DNA of 55,711 nt, from positions 1 through 55,711 of the IMG/VR virus record IMGVR_UViG_3300025759_000119. One strand, written 5' to 3'. This document shows, piece after piece, positions 1 to 9,509 of this stretch. Source of the DNA: a virus. Its lineage: Duplodnaviria; Caudoviricetes. Position numbers and translations under genes: made by a program. The notes under the pieces were generated by a model that searched no databases, was not told where the DNA came from, and saw nothing but the letters and a program-made list of their open reading frames with translations. The first letter of the stretch is position 1. Each line of letters begins with the position of its first letter.

Positions 1-1
1 C

Positions 2-109
2 GTAGGTGGAGATCAAAAGATTGTTGTAAACGCTGCCGACTCGATTACTGTGACAGCTTCACAGGCATCAGCCGCTGACGTTACCCTGTCTGTACTGGAG
101 ATCACCTGA
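2..109 (+). CDS. 3' end of a virion structural protein (partial)
   Basis: Open frame VGGDQKIVVNAADSITVTASQASAADVTLSVLEIT*; TGA overlaps next ATG (TGATG). Confidence 0.7.
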   Translation, partial: VGGDQKIVVNAADSITVTASQASAADVTLSVLEIT

Positions 110-894
110 TGGCTCTAAGTAAAATCGGAAAAAATCAAGTAGATCAGTCCGCTTCCCTTACGGTAGATAGCGACCTCACAGTTGACACCAATACGCTTGT
201 TGTTGACAGCACAAATAATCGGGTGGGCATCGGAGATAACAACCCAACCCAAGCACTTAGTGTAGGTGGGCATATTAAAGTAGACGCTGGCTTAACAGGT
301 TATATCCTAGGGCCAACAGGAGAAATGCTGGTTGGCGAAGATGGCACGGGTTTTTTTCTAGGCACTGGTTTCGGTGCTAATCCGAATATTCCATTCTACA
401 TAGGTCACGCCAACACAGCATCATATAACTTCCGAATGGGAGGGAGTGGTGGCGGTAATAATGTCCTTGCGATTGACAGTTCAGGCCGTGTGACTATGCC
501 GTATCAGCCAGCGTTTTGTGCGCAGGCTTCAGGGGGCTATCAAACAACTAGTCCAATTCCCTTTACTTCTGCAAAAGTAAATACAGGTGGTCATTTCAAT
601 ACATCAACTTACCTATTTACTGCGCCAATAGCAGGGCGATACCTTTTTACTCTGCATATTTATTTTGATAACAACACAAGTGCTGATGGCTACCCAAGGT
701 TCGTAGTAAACGGCTCATATAACCACGGATATGCTTATATGCAAGGAAATAGTGATGGAGATAAAACATCTTCTATGACCACGATGATATCGTTAGCCGC
801 CGGCGATTCTATTCAAGTTACATATTCAGGTGGTGGGTTGCAATATTATGGCGGGGCAGATGAAACTCAATTCACTGGGTTTCTAATCGGTTAA
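109..894 (+). CDS. Tail fibre/adhesin with C-terminal C1q-like domain
   Basis: N-term LTVDTNTLVVDSTNNRVGIG fibre motif; C-term PAF...FTAPIAGRYLF...L..GD...FTGFLIG C1q signature. Confidence 0.75.
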   Translation: MALSKIGKNQVDQSASLTVDSDLTVDTNTLVVDSTNNRVGIGDNNPTQALSVGGHIKVDAGLTGYILGPTGEMLVGEDGTGFFLGTGFGANPNIPFYIGHANTASYNFRMGGSGGGNNVLAIDSSGRVTMPYQPAFCAQASGGYQTTSPIPFTSAKVNTGGHFNTSTYLFTAPIAGRYLFTLHIYFDNNTSADGYPRFVVNGSYNHGYAYMQGNSDGDKTSSMTTMISLAAGDSIQVTYSGGGLQYYGGADETQFTGFLIG

Positions 895-912
895 CTCAAC
901 GGAGTAAAAACA

Positions 913-1188
913 ATGACACAAACAATCACAATCGAACTGACAGATACTCAGTTCAAAGGCTTAGAATACGCTGCATTGTCTCCGTCTGATTGGGCTGAGA
1001 ACGCAGTGACTGAACGTGCAAGGATTGCCAATGACGAAATTGTATCTATCTACACTAACCGTGCGCTAGATGAGGGGGTGCAGATTCCAGCTACTCGTGA
1101 ACTTATCGTGGCTGACGCATTTACACGCGGGTGGGTTAAGACCGCCGAGCAGCGTAACGCCGAAGCAGAAGCCAACTTACCGGAGTAA
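913..1188 (+). CDS. Small partner protein of the C1q fibre (putative chaperone)
   Basis: GGAG RBS; 91 aa; directly follows the fibre gene. Confidence 0.6.
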   Translation: MTQTITIELTDTQFKGLEYAALSPSDWAENAVTERARIANDEIVSIYTNRALDEGVQIPATRELIVADAFTRGWVKTAEQRNAEAEANLPE

Positions 1189-1191
1189 ATA

Positions 1192-2217
1192 ATGGGATAC
1201 ATAGGCACTCCAGTTCAGCAAGCATTAACCAAGACAACAAGTCAGTATTTTAACGGCACTGGTTCGCAGACCGTGTTTACGCTTAACCGCGCCGTAAACG
1301 TGCCTGAAGACCTAGAAGTGTTTGTTAACAACATTCAGCAGGAGCCGGGAGTTGGCAAGTCGTACACAGCAACTGGTACGACCCTGACCTTTGACGCCGC
1401 GCCCTCATCTGGCACAGGTAACATCTATGTTATCTATCGCGGCTTGGCAGAGGTAACGCGCCGCTTAGAGCATGATTCGGGAAATCCGCTTGCCGCTACG
1501 ACAGGTACATTTAGTGACGGAATAACAGTAGACAAAAATGGAGCCACAGTAGCTACTTTTGACAGGGCTACGAGTGATGGCAGCATTGTAGACTTCCAGA
1601 AAAGCGGCACCACTGTGGGTGATATTGGGGTCAATAACGGCGACAACCTAAGAATACAAGGTAACTCAGCTCATTCAGGAATTGAATTTGGAACTAATGC
1701 AATATTCCCACATAAAAATAGTTCAAATGTAGATGCTACCATTGATTTGGGAGAAAGCACCCTTCGTTGGAAAGACCTCTACATCTCTGGCGGTGTAGTC
1801 TTTGGCACTGGTGGCCCTTCCCCTATCACAAGCAATACGCTGGATGACTATGAGGAGGGTACTCACAATGTGACTGACCTTTCTGGTGCTGGTCTGAGTA
1901 TTATAACGAACCGTTCTTATTATGTGAAAATAGGTTCGATAGTGAACTTTCAGGCTTCAATAAATGTTCCATCAAACTCAAATAGTAATAGTTTACAACT
2001 TTCTCTACCGTTTAGTTCAAATATTGGTGGTTTCTTTGCTGGAACAGGTGTGCTGGGGTATAGCACTATATCCAGTAGTTCATTTCCAGACCTTTCACCT
2101 ATGGTAAATAATAGTGGCTCTAACATTATTTTCTACTGGGGAAATGCGTCTGGTTTTTCAAACGCAGATGCGTCTGGACATAGAATAGATTTTTGGGTTC
2201 AATGGCAACGAACATAA
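1192..2217 (+). CDS. Tail fibre/adhesin protein
   Basis: N-term FNGTGSQTVFTL...VFVNNIQQEP...TLTFDAAP module; DLG..RWKDLY and NTLDDYEEG fibre motifs. Confidence 0.7.
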   Translation: MGYIGTPVQQALTKTTSQYFNGTGSQTVFTLNRAVNVPEDLEVFVNNIQQEPGVGKSYTATGTTLTFDAAPSSGTGNIYVIYRGLAEVTRRLEHDSGNPLAATTGTFSDGITVDKNGATVATFDRATSDGSIVDFQKSGTTVGDIGVNNGDNLRIQGNSAHSGIEFGTNAIFPHKNSSNVDATIDLGESTLRWKDLYISGGVVFGTGGPSPITSNTLDDYEEGTHNVTDLSGAGLSIITNRSYYVKIGSIVNFQASINVPSNSNSNSLQLSLPFSSNIGGFFAGTGVLGYSTISSSSFPDLSPMVNNSGSNIIFYWGNASGFSNADASGHRIDFWVQWQRT

Positions 2218-2219
2218 TA

Positions 2220-2250
2220 ACCTGATTGGATTATCAGGTCGGACAGTCCA
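2220..2250 (+). promoter_or_regulatory. Candidate H-type RNA pseudoknot upstream of an RBS
   Basis: ACCTGAT/ATCAGGT stem; loop TGGATT complementary to downstream AGTCCA (one G-U). Confidence 0.45.
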
Positions 2251-2266
2251 TCCATAGGAGATAAAA

Positions 2267-2524
2267 ATGGCATTAACAGAAGAAACACAACAAGACAAAA
2301 TCGAAATCGTAGGCGACTACAAGCACGTTCAAGTACGCACTGCAACGGTTATCAAGCGGGACGGCGTTGAGATTAGCCGTAGCTTTCATCGGCACGTTGT
2401 AGCCCCTGACACTGATATCACAGGTGAGAGCGCCGAGGTTCGAGCTATTTGCACCGCTGTGCATACAGATGCTATAAAAGAAGCATACGCCGCGCATTTA
2501 GCCGCGCAGGTTTCACCGGAGTAA
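2267..2524 (+). CDS. Small tail-fibre-associated protein
   Basis: AGGAG RBS; DKIEIVG..VQVRTATVI.RDGVEISRSFHRHVV motif typical of marine phage fibre partners. Confidence 0.65.
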   Translation: MALTEETQQDKIEIVGDYKHVQVRTATVIKRDGVEISRSFHRHVVAPDTDITGESAEVRAICTAVHTDAIKEAYAAHLAAQVSPE

Positions 2525-2528
2525 ACAG

Positions 2529-3632
2529 ATGCCGATAAGCACCATTAATACAAACAGTATTGCAGACGATGCCGTTACCGTACCAAAGGTAACGGATCAG
2601 GTGCTTACGCACAGGAATCTCATCATCAATGGTGCGATGCAGGTGGCACAGCGGGGTACGAGTGGGTCTATTTCAACAGGTAATCCAAATTATGCTTCAA
2701 TAGATAGATTTAAGACTGAAGCATATGACGCTGATCAATTTGTTGGAACTTGGACGCAAGTCACAGATGCTCCTACAGGTTTTTCATATTCTGGAAAGTG
2801 GACAACAACAACCGCAGAATCAGCAATTGACGCTAGTGAACTTTTTGATGTAAGGCATGTTATTGAGGCACAAAATGTTACACATTTAAATTATGGATCA
2901 GTTGATGCAAAAACTGGCACTTTATCTTTTTGGGTAAAATCTTCTGTGACAGGAACTTTTACCGTTAATGTATATAATATGGATTCAAACAGACACCTTC
3001 CAAAAGAGTATACAATAGACTCTGCTAACACATGGGAAAAAAAGATAATAACTGTAATAGGAGATACAGGCGGCAACAATTTTGCCAATGACAATGGTCC
3101 CGGACTACAATTTACTTGGAACTTAGCGGCGGGGAGTGCTTATAGTGGAACCCCTGTTACAGGATCGTGGGCAGCATATTCTGGGCCTGCTTGGGCGGGA
3201 GCAAACCAATCAAACGCTGTGGGAACAACTCTTAATGCAACATGGCAACTTACAGGCGTTCAATTTGAAGTAGGCGATACAGCCACGCCGTTTGAACACC
3301 GCAGCTATGGCGAGGAACTGTCGTTGTGTCAGAGGTATTATGAAAAATGTGGCGCTGGTATTGTAGGCGGCACTTCTTCCAATACGACTGCGTGGAACAG
3401 CGGCATAGCCTTTAAAGTAGAAAAAAGGGCGACCCCATCCGTTATTCATTTAGCTAATTTCACCGCCATAACCCCCGGTTCAAACACACATACAGTAAGT
3501 GTTAGCACAATGCAGTACTCTACTACATGGGGGGCGTGTTTAACCCATACAGCGACTGGGAGCGCGGGTAGCAACCAATGTTGGTTGTACTTCGAATCCA
3601 GTAACAACATTGCCTTTGATGCGGAGTTATAA
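2529..3632 (+). CDS. Tail fibre / carbohydrate-binding-like adhesin (paralogue A)
   Basis: RNLIINGAMQVAQRG...TLSFWVKS...GVQFEVGDTATPFEHRSYGEEL.LCQRYY...FDAEL. Confidence 0.75.
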   Translation: MPISTINTNSIADDAVTVPKVTDQVLTHRNLIINGAMQVAQRGTSGSISTGNPNYASIDRFKTEAYDADQFVGTWTQVTDAPTGFSYSGKWTTTTAESAIDASELFDVRHVIEAQNVTHLNYGSVDAKTGTLSFWVKSSVTGTFTVNVYNMDSNRHLPKEYTIDSANTWEKKIITVIGDTGGNNFANDNGPGLQFTWNLAAGSAYSGTPVTGSWAAYSGPAWAGANQSNAVGTTLNATWQLTGVQFEVGDTATPFEHRSYGEELSLCQRYYEKCGAGIVGGTSSNTTAWNSGIAFKVEKRATPSVIHLANFTAITPGSNTHTVSVSTMQYSTTWGACLTHTATGSAGSNQCWLYFESSNNIAFDAEL

Positions 3633-3634
3633 CG

Positions 3635-3817
3635 ATGAATGAAATAAACATTGAATCGGCGGTTTACTCCGTAGACTTTGAAGGCAACAACTGCTCCATC
3701 AACGCAACCATTGACGGTATCCGGGTGTCAGTACCTCTTGACCCAGCCAACCGTCACTACGCCGAAATCTCGCGTCAGGTTGAAGCGGGTGAATTAACTA
3801 TACAGGAAGCTGATTAA
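3635..3817 (+). CDS. Small adhesin partner (paralogue A)
   Basis: VPLDPANRHYAEI..QVEAGELTI motif; paralogue of 7612..7794. Confidence 0.7.
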   Translation: MNEINIESAVYSVDFEGNNCSINATIDGIRVSVPLDPANRHYAEISRQVEAGELTIQEAD

Positions 3818-4548
3818 TGGCATACATAGGATCAGAGCCAAATTATGGAACGGTAGCTTCCCAGCGCTTTACGGGCGATGGGTCAACGACCTCGTTTGGC
3901 CTGACCCAGACTGTTCCAGACGGTGAGTCAATCATAGTCACTATCGGCAACGTGGTTCAAGAACCGGGGGCCTCGGCTGCATATACGGCATCCGGCAACA
4001 CCCTAGCCTTTAGCGCCGCACCGGCTAACGGTGATGTGATTATGGTGCGCTACCTTGGGCGTTCTATTGACACGCCATCTAGCTACACCAACGTCATCCG
4101 GTTTAAGTATGTGGCTACAGCCAGCCAGACAGTCTTTACTGGTGCGGACATTAACAGCGCCATTCTGGCGTTTAGCGGCCCTGTTGTAGATGTGTTTTTA
4201 AACGGTGTGCATCTGGACGAAACAGACTATACTATCAGCAACGGCGACACGGTTACTTTAGCCACTGGCGCTACACTGAATGACGAGATTGTAATTATAG
4301 CCTACCGCGCCCAGACCTTTGCGGATGTGGTGGCAGCGTCAACTGGGGGAACTTTTGCTGGCGGCATAACCGCGCCGAACTTCCAGACGACAGTAACGAA
4401 GGTACATACGGCTGTGTTCCGCACCAACAACCAGACGGTTACGCAGAACACGACAATTGCCACGGCAGAAAATGCGCTGGCTATTGGCCCACTGACCATA
4501 GACCCATCAGCCACAATCACGGTTGACGGCAACTTAACAATACTGTGA
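3817..4548 (+). CDS. Tail fibre/baseplate-like structural protein
   Basis: N-term module paralogous to 1192..2217; YVATASQTVF...VDVFLNGVHL repeat. Confidence 0.65.
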   Translation: MAYIGSEPNYGTVASQRFTGDGSTTSFGLTQTVPDGESIIVTIGNVVQEPGASAAYTASGNTLAFSAAPANGDVIMVRYLGRSIDTPSSYTNVIRFKYVATASQTVFTGADINSAILAFSGPVVDVFLNGVHLDETDYTISNGDTVTLATGATLNDEIVIIAYRAQTFADVVAASTGGTFAGGITAPNFQTTVTKVHTAVFRTNNQTVTQNTTIATAENALAIGPLTIDPSATITVDGNLTIL

Positions 4549-4555
4549 GGCATAG

Positions 4556-5095
4556 ATGGCTTCTATATTAAATGTAGACCAAATCAATAATGCGGCGGGT
4601 ACGTCTGCTGTCACGATTGACGCAAGCACAGGCAAGCCATCGTTTCCGAATGGTGCGACACTGCCAGCGGGTAGTGTGGTTCAGATGCAAAATTCTTTTG
4701 GAGACACCACAATCGCTATTGCTAATAGTGGTACTGGCAGAATTTATGCCGACCTTTTAACAATTTCATACACCCCAATATCCTCTTCAAATAAAATTGT
4801 TTTACTTGGAACCAGCGGGTTTACCTCTAATAGTTCCGAAACAGTGAGGGGTGCTTTTGGTATTATTTTTGAAGTTAATGGCATTAACCACGGTTTTGGC
4901 GCTTACCCGTGGTATGATGGCGCTCTTGTATATCCGGCATACCCGCCAGATACAACAATTTCAAAAACCGTAGAGGTTCCTACTGGAAGCTCTTTTGATA
5001 TAAAGCTCAAAGGGTATTCATATAACGAATTAGTAGACACTATGACTCCGAGATTCTTTACATACTCATTGACCGTTATGGAGATTGCACAATGA
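4556..5095 (+). CDS. Short tail-fibre-type protein
   Basis: MASILNVDQI N-term; GSVVQ...TVMEIAQ domain. Confidence 0.6.
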   Translation: MASILNVDQINNAAGTSAVTIDASTGKPSFPNGATLPAGSVVQMQNSFGDTTIAIANSGTGRIYADLLTISYTPISSSNKIVLLGTSGFTSNSSETVRGAFGIIFEVNGINHGFGAYPWYDGALVYPAYPPDTTISKTVEVPTGSSFDIKLKGYSYNELVDTMTPRFFTYSLTVMEIAQ

Positions 5096-5580
5096 GTACG
5101 CTCTATGTCGATACCATTAACGAGAAGACCAGCGGCAACGGTGTGCAGATTCCGGGTCATGTGGTTCAGGTTCAATATCGCGCTGTACCAAACAATGGAT
5201 TTACTACTACTAGTAGTTCTATGACAGATGTAACCGATTGGTATGTAGATATAACGCCAAAATTCTCCAACAGTATCTTAGTTTGGCAAACTACAATTAC
5301 CCTACTATTAGACAATGCTAATGCCTATGGCAGATTTAGGATTGTAGATTCAAATAATGGCGACACACAATGGAGCAGTAACAACTATATGGGTAGTTCT
5401 TCATATAACCAGCCTGTAAATACAATGCTTGACTATCCATTTCTTCACGCGAACACAGCCGGGACAACAAGTTCAATGCGACTACAATTTCAAGTGCAAG
5501 TAAACTCTGGGGGAACACTAAACAACGCTTGGTCAAGTTCGGATAATAGAATAGTTATGGTAACGGAGATCGCTCAATGA
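5092..5580 (+). CDS. Short tail-fibre-type protein (paralogue of 4556..5095)
   Basis: MSTLYVDTI N-term; GHVVQ...ITPKFSNS...TEIAQ; ATGA coupling. Confidence 0.6.
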   Translation: MSTLYVDTINEKTSGNGVQIPGHVVQVQYRAVPNNGFTTTSSSMTDVTDWYVDITPKFSNSILVWQTTITLLLDNANAYGRFRIVDSNNGDTQWSSNNYMGSSSYNQPVNTMLDYPFLHANTAGTTSSMRLQFQVQVNSGGTLNNAWSSSDNRIVMVTEIAQ

Positions 5581-6104
5581 CCTCGATATTGAAAGTCTCC
5601 GAGATCCAAGACCCAACGAACAGCAACACCGCGCTGACGATTAACAGCAGCGGTATCGTTACGCCAAAAGTGCCTGTTTTGTCAATTGGGGCGTGGTCGG
5701 GTACACAAAGCATTTCTAGTGGTGTTTGGACAGGAATTGATTGGTCTACACACGCAACTGTCCAAGCGGACAACACCAGCACTTGGGACAGTGCAAACGA
5801 AAGATGGCAACCAAATGTTGCGGGCTACTATTTTTGCACTTTAATCACTGCATCTGGGTCGGGAACTATACGCGCAGTGGGTGCAAGATTAACAAAGAAT
5901 GGAAGCGTATATGCTGAAAACGTCATTTGGCTTGCGAGTGAATCTTATGGCGATGACCTTACCTGCACTACCCAAGCGTTAATCCCTATGAACGGAACCA
6001 CTGATTATCTGGGTGCAGAAGCGTACATTTATGACAGCGTTGCAGGTAGTGATAATCTGCTTTCATACACGCGCCATGACTGCTTTTTAGTCAGCGCACT
6101 TTAA
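5577..6104 (+). CDS. Short fibre protein with C1q-like domain
   Basis: MTSILKVSEI N-term; PNVAGYY and MNGTTDY motifs. Confidence 0.6.
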   Translation: MTSILKVSEIQDPTNSNTALTINSSGIVTPKVPVLSIGAWSGTQSISSGVWTGIDWSTHATVQADNTSTWDSANERWQPNVAGYYFCTLITASGSGTIRAVGARLTKNGSVYAENVIWLASESYGDDLTCTTQALIPMNGTTDYLGAEAYIYDSVAGSDNLLSYTRHDCFLVSAL

Positions 6105-6120
6105 TAGGAGTAAAAACAAA

Positions 6121-6507
6121 ATGGCATCAATATCAGAGGCTCTGACCGAACTAGGCATCACCGAATGGGTGTTGCGTGGTGAGCCAACAAATGAAGCAGA
6201 ATTCAACGAGATGTTCCGTAAAGTCACCGGAGCAGACGCTAATGGTTCAGCAATCGAAAGCAGCAACGTAGCTGACTGGGGATGTAGCTGGGCAACCGTC
6301 AACGCAAAGCTAACCGAGCTTAATGCAGCGGAGCCTTTGAAGCTGTTGCGCGCCGAGCGTGACCGCTTGATTGCGGCTACCGACTGGTGGGCATCGTCTG
6401 ACCTTACAATGAGCGCCGAGCGTACAGCATACCGTCAGGCACTGCGTGACATCACTGACAGCTACACCTCACTTGACGATGTTGTGTGGCCTACAAAGCC
6501 GGAGTAA
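6121..6507 (+). CDS. Tail fibre assembly chaperone
   Basis: LRAERDRLIAATDW...YRQALRDIT...VVWPTKPE signature. Confidence 0.8.
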   Translation: MASISEALTELGITEWVLRGEPTNEAEFNEMFRKVTGADANGSAIESSNVADWGCSWATVNAKLTELNAAEPLKLLRAERDRLIAATDWWASSDLTMSAERTAYRQALRDITDSYTSLDDVVWPTKPE

Positions 6508-6511
6508 GTAA

Positions 6512-7609
6512 ATGAGCCGTGCAAGAGACCTAGCCGATTTAGGTGGTAGCGCAGATGCTGGTGGCCTGACAGGACGCAACCTCATCATCAACGGTGCGAT
6601 GCAGGTGGCACAGCGGGGGACGAGTGTTACTGGCTATACTGATGGGTCAGGTCAAACTTATGTTGCTGACAGGTGGAAAATTCAGGAATATGGCGCTCCG
6701 GCTGCTCAATATACAATCACACAAAATGACATTGCTTCGGAAAATATACCCTTTAGCAAGTCATTAAAATTTGCTTGCACTGCTACAGAAACATCCAGTT
6801 CTTATCTTTTTAGAACAAGATATGATATTGAGGGTCAAGATTGTCAAATCCTTCAATATGGAACATCTGATGCGAAAGATGTAACGCTTTCTTTTTGGGT
6901 AAAATCTAACCTAACAGGCGTTATTAGTGGTTTTCTTTATAATTATGCCAATAATAAGATTATTGGGTGGGAGGCTAGTATAACTTCAGCGGATACTTGG
7001 GAGCGTAAGACTGTAACAATTCCCCCCGATTCAAATACTGTATTTGATGATAATACTACCGGACTTAGTATGGCTTTTACATTTTCTTCTGATTCAAGTT
7101 GGAGCAGTTCTTGGAGTACCACTTCTTGGCAAACCTACGCAAATACTAATCATACTTCTCCAAGTAATATTAATCTCGGAAGTTCGACAAGCAACTATCT
7201 TGAGTTGACAGGCATCCAGCTAGAAGTAGGCGACACAGCCACGCCGTTTGAACACCGCAGCTATGGCAATGAGTTGGCTAGGTGTCAGAGGTATTACTGG
7301 GCGGCACAAAAACTAAACCAAGTTGATGGCAATATTGGTGGTATCGCTATGGCTTATGGTGCTAATAGTGTATATTGGCCTATAATATTTCCAACAACAA
7401 TGAGGACAACACCTTCAGTAGCTTCTGGAGGGACGTGGAGAACCCGGCAAAACAACTTGTACACGTTTACTGCGGCCTTTGGCTATCAACAATCGGGTAT
7501 AAGTGGTGTAATCCTATCACAAGGTGCAACAGGCAACGCTGCCGCTTCTGTGTTTTGGGTAGAGCCAAATGATGGTACTGCCTTCCTGAATTTTGATGCG
7601 GAGTTATAG
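6512..7609 (+). CDS. Tail fibre / carbohydrate-binding-like adhesin (paralogue B)
   Basis: Same RNLIINGAMQVAQRG, ATPFEHRSYG and FDAEL anchors as 2529..3632. Confidence 0.75.
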   Translation: MSRARDLADLGGSADAGGLTGRNLIINGAMQVAQRGTSVTGYTDGSGQTYVADRWKIQEYGAPAAQYTITQNDIASENIPFSKSLKFACTATETSSSYLFRTRYDIEGQDCQILQYGTSDAKDVTLSFWVKSNLTGVISGFLYNYANNKIIGWEASITSADTWERKTVTIPPDSNTVFDDNTTGLSMAFTFSSDSSWSSSWSTTSWQTYANTNHTSPSNINLGSSTSNYLELTGIQLEVGDTATPFEHRSYGNELARCQRYYWAAQKLNQVDGNIGGIAMAYGANSVYWPIIFPTTMRTTPSVASGGTWRTRQNNLYTFTAAFGYQQSGISGVILSQGATGNAAASVFWVEPNDGTAFLNFDAEL

Positions 7610-7611
7610 AA

Positions 7612-7794
7612 ATGGATAACACGACAATAACAAACGCACAGTATTACAATAACTCTGATGGTAACATTTCCAGCATCAAAGCCACCATTGACGGCACAGA
7701 GATGTTTATTCCCATTGACCAAACCAACCGCCACTACGCAGAAATCATGCGTCAGGTGGAAGCTGGCGAGTTGACCATAGCGGATGCTGACTGA
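7612..7794 (+). CDS. Small adhesin partner (paralogue B)
   Basis: IPID.TNRHYAEIMRQVEAGELTI. Confidence 0.7.
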   Translation: MDNTTITNAQYYNNSDGNISSIKATIDGTEMFIPIDQTNRHYAEIMRQVEAGELTIADAD

Positions 7795-8522
7795 TGTTTG
7801 GTGAGTTGACGCTATCGGAAAGGGCTATTGCAGACCACAGCATTTTAACGCTGGGTTCAGCCACCTCTGACGCCAACTTTACATTAAATCAGACCGGCAC
7901 ATATATCGGTATTACTAGCGCCGAAATGAACGCCATTGCTAGTAAGGCATCAATTGCTGTTGGCATATTAGTTGGTATTATAGATGCCACACTTGAGTTC
8001 ACTCAAAGCAGTGAAGCCACTCGTTTTGCTACCGGTATATCAGGGCAGGTGTTTAGCACTTTGCAAACCAGTGAGGGGCTACGGTTTGCCACAGGCATCT
8101 CAGAGCAGGACGCAGCGTTTATCCAAAGCAGCGCTGCAAGCAGCACCCTTAGTGGTATATCAGAGCAAGAAGCAGCGTTTATTGTATCGGCTCTTGGCGG
8201 GGCAATCACAAACAACCCCGCATCACTGGAAGCTGTATTCATACAGACAACAAATGGGATAGCGGTTCGAGGCGGTATATCAGAGCAAGACTCTTCGTTC
8301 ACGCAAGCAACTCTTGCCTCTAGGGTTTTTGAAGCAGACCCGCTGCAAATCAGCGGTGTATTCATACAAACAACTGATGGTCGTCTCTATTGGGACATCT
8401 GGACAGGATCTCCGTCAACATCACCACAAGAGTCTTGGGTTCAAATAAACCCAACAGGTGGAACGTGGACAGAGATCAACGCTGGTGGTATAGTAGACAT
8501 CTGGACACAAAAGGTGGTGTAA
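7794..8522 (+). CDS. Virion structural protein with internal repeats
   Basis: Repeated GISEQ.A.F.Q units; Trp-rich C-terminus. Confidence 0.55.
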   Translation: MFGELTLSERAIADHSILTLGSATSDANFTLNQTGTYIGITSAEMNAIASKASIAVGILVGIIDATLEFTQSSEATRFATGISGQVFSTLQTSEGLRFATGISEQDAAFIQSSAASSTLSGISEQEAAFIVSALGGAITNNPASLEAVFIQTTNGIAVRGGISEQDSSFTQATLASRVFEADPLQISGVFIQTTDGRLYWDIWTGSPSTSPQESWVQINPTGGTWTEINAGGIVDIWTQKVV

Positions 8523-9509
8523 ATGCCTAGTACATATACAAACAACTCTGGTATTGAAAAACCCGGCTCTGGTGAGCAGGCGGGTACTTGGGGTGCAACC
8601 TCAAACAATAACTTTGATATCATTGACCGCGCCCTAAATGGAGTGGGAACGATTACTCTTGCCGGTACTTCGCATACTCTCACCACGACAGACGGTACTT
8701 TAAGTGACGGGCAGTATAAAGTTCTTGTGCTTGGTGGTACGCCGTCAGGCACAAACACAATTACAATCAGTCCGAATGACCAAGATAAAATTTATTTTGT
8801 TCAAAACAACTCCGGGCAGGCGGCTGTATTTACTCAAGGCTCTGGTACTACTGTTACTGTTCCTGACGGTGATGCTAAGATTATTTACGCAGATGGTGCG
8901 GGTGCGGGTGCTAGTGTAAAAGCGATTTCTGACTCACTGTCGGTTTTAGGTGACATAAACGCAAACACGCTTAAAATTAACAACGTCACTGTCACCGCCA
9001 CTGCCGCAGAGCTTAATACGCTTGACGGCATAACCGCAACAACAGCGGAGCTAAACCATACAGACGGTGTTACCAGCAACATTCAAACGCAGTTAAACGC
9101 AAAACAAAGCACCATAACTGGCGGCGCAACCACCATTACAGGTTCTAACCTAGCAACTAGTAGAGCGTTGGTTTCTGATATTAATGGTAAGGTGGCAGCT
9201 AGTAGCATTATCACAGAAACAGAACTAAACTATCTTAATGGTGTTACCAGCAATATCCAGTCGCAGTTTAACGGTATTAGCACCGAACTTGTGAACGATA
9301 CCTCTCCACAACTTGGAGGCAACCTAGCCGGCAATGGGTTCAATATATCACTAACAAACAGTAACTATATACAACTTGGTAATTGGTATGTGTATATGGA
9401 CGGTAGTGGCAATTTAATTTTTCAATATTCTGGCAGCACAGTAGCTAAAATAGCTACTAATGGCGCCATTACTTCCGAGAACGATGTTACAGCATTTGGT
9501 TCAGTCTAA
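8523..9509 (+). CDS. Tail fibre/baseplate attachment protein
   Basis: GEQAGTWG.TSN.N N-term; ELN.LDGVTSNIQ repeats. Confidence 0.65.
   Translation: MPSTYTNNSGIEKPGSGEQAGTWGATSNNNFDIIDRALNGVGTITLAGTSHTLTTTDGTLSDGQYKVLVLGGTPSGTNTITISPNDQDKIYFVQNNSGQAAVFTQGSGTTVTVPDGDAKIIYADGAGAGASVKAISDSLSVLGDINANTLKINNVTVTATAAELNTLDGITATTAELNHTDGVTSNIQTQLNAKQSTITGGATTITGSNLATSRALVSDINGKVAASSIITETELNYLNGVTSNIQSQFNGISTELVNDTSPQLGGNLAGNGFNISLTNSNYIQLGNWYVYMDGSGNLIFQYSGSTVAKIATNGAITSENDVTAFGSV

Noticed and set aside
2529-7609. Diversity-generating retroelement behind the adhesin duplication
   Set aside because: No reverse transcriptase in the window; anchor mismatches are not adenine-specific
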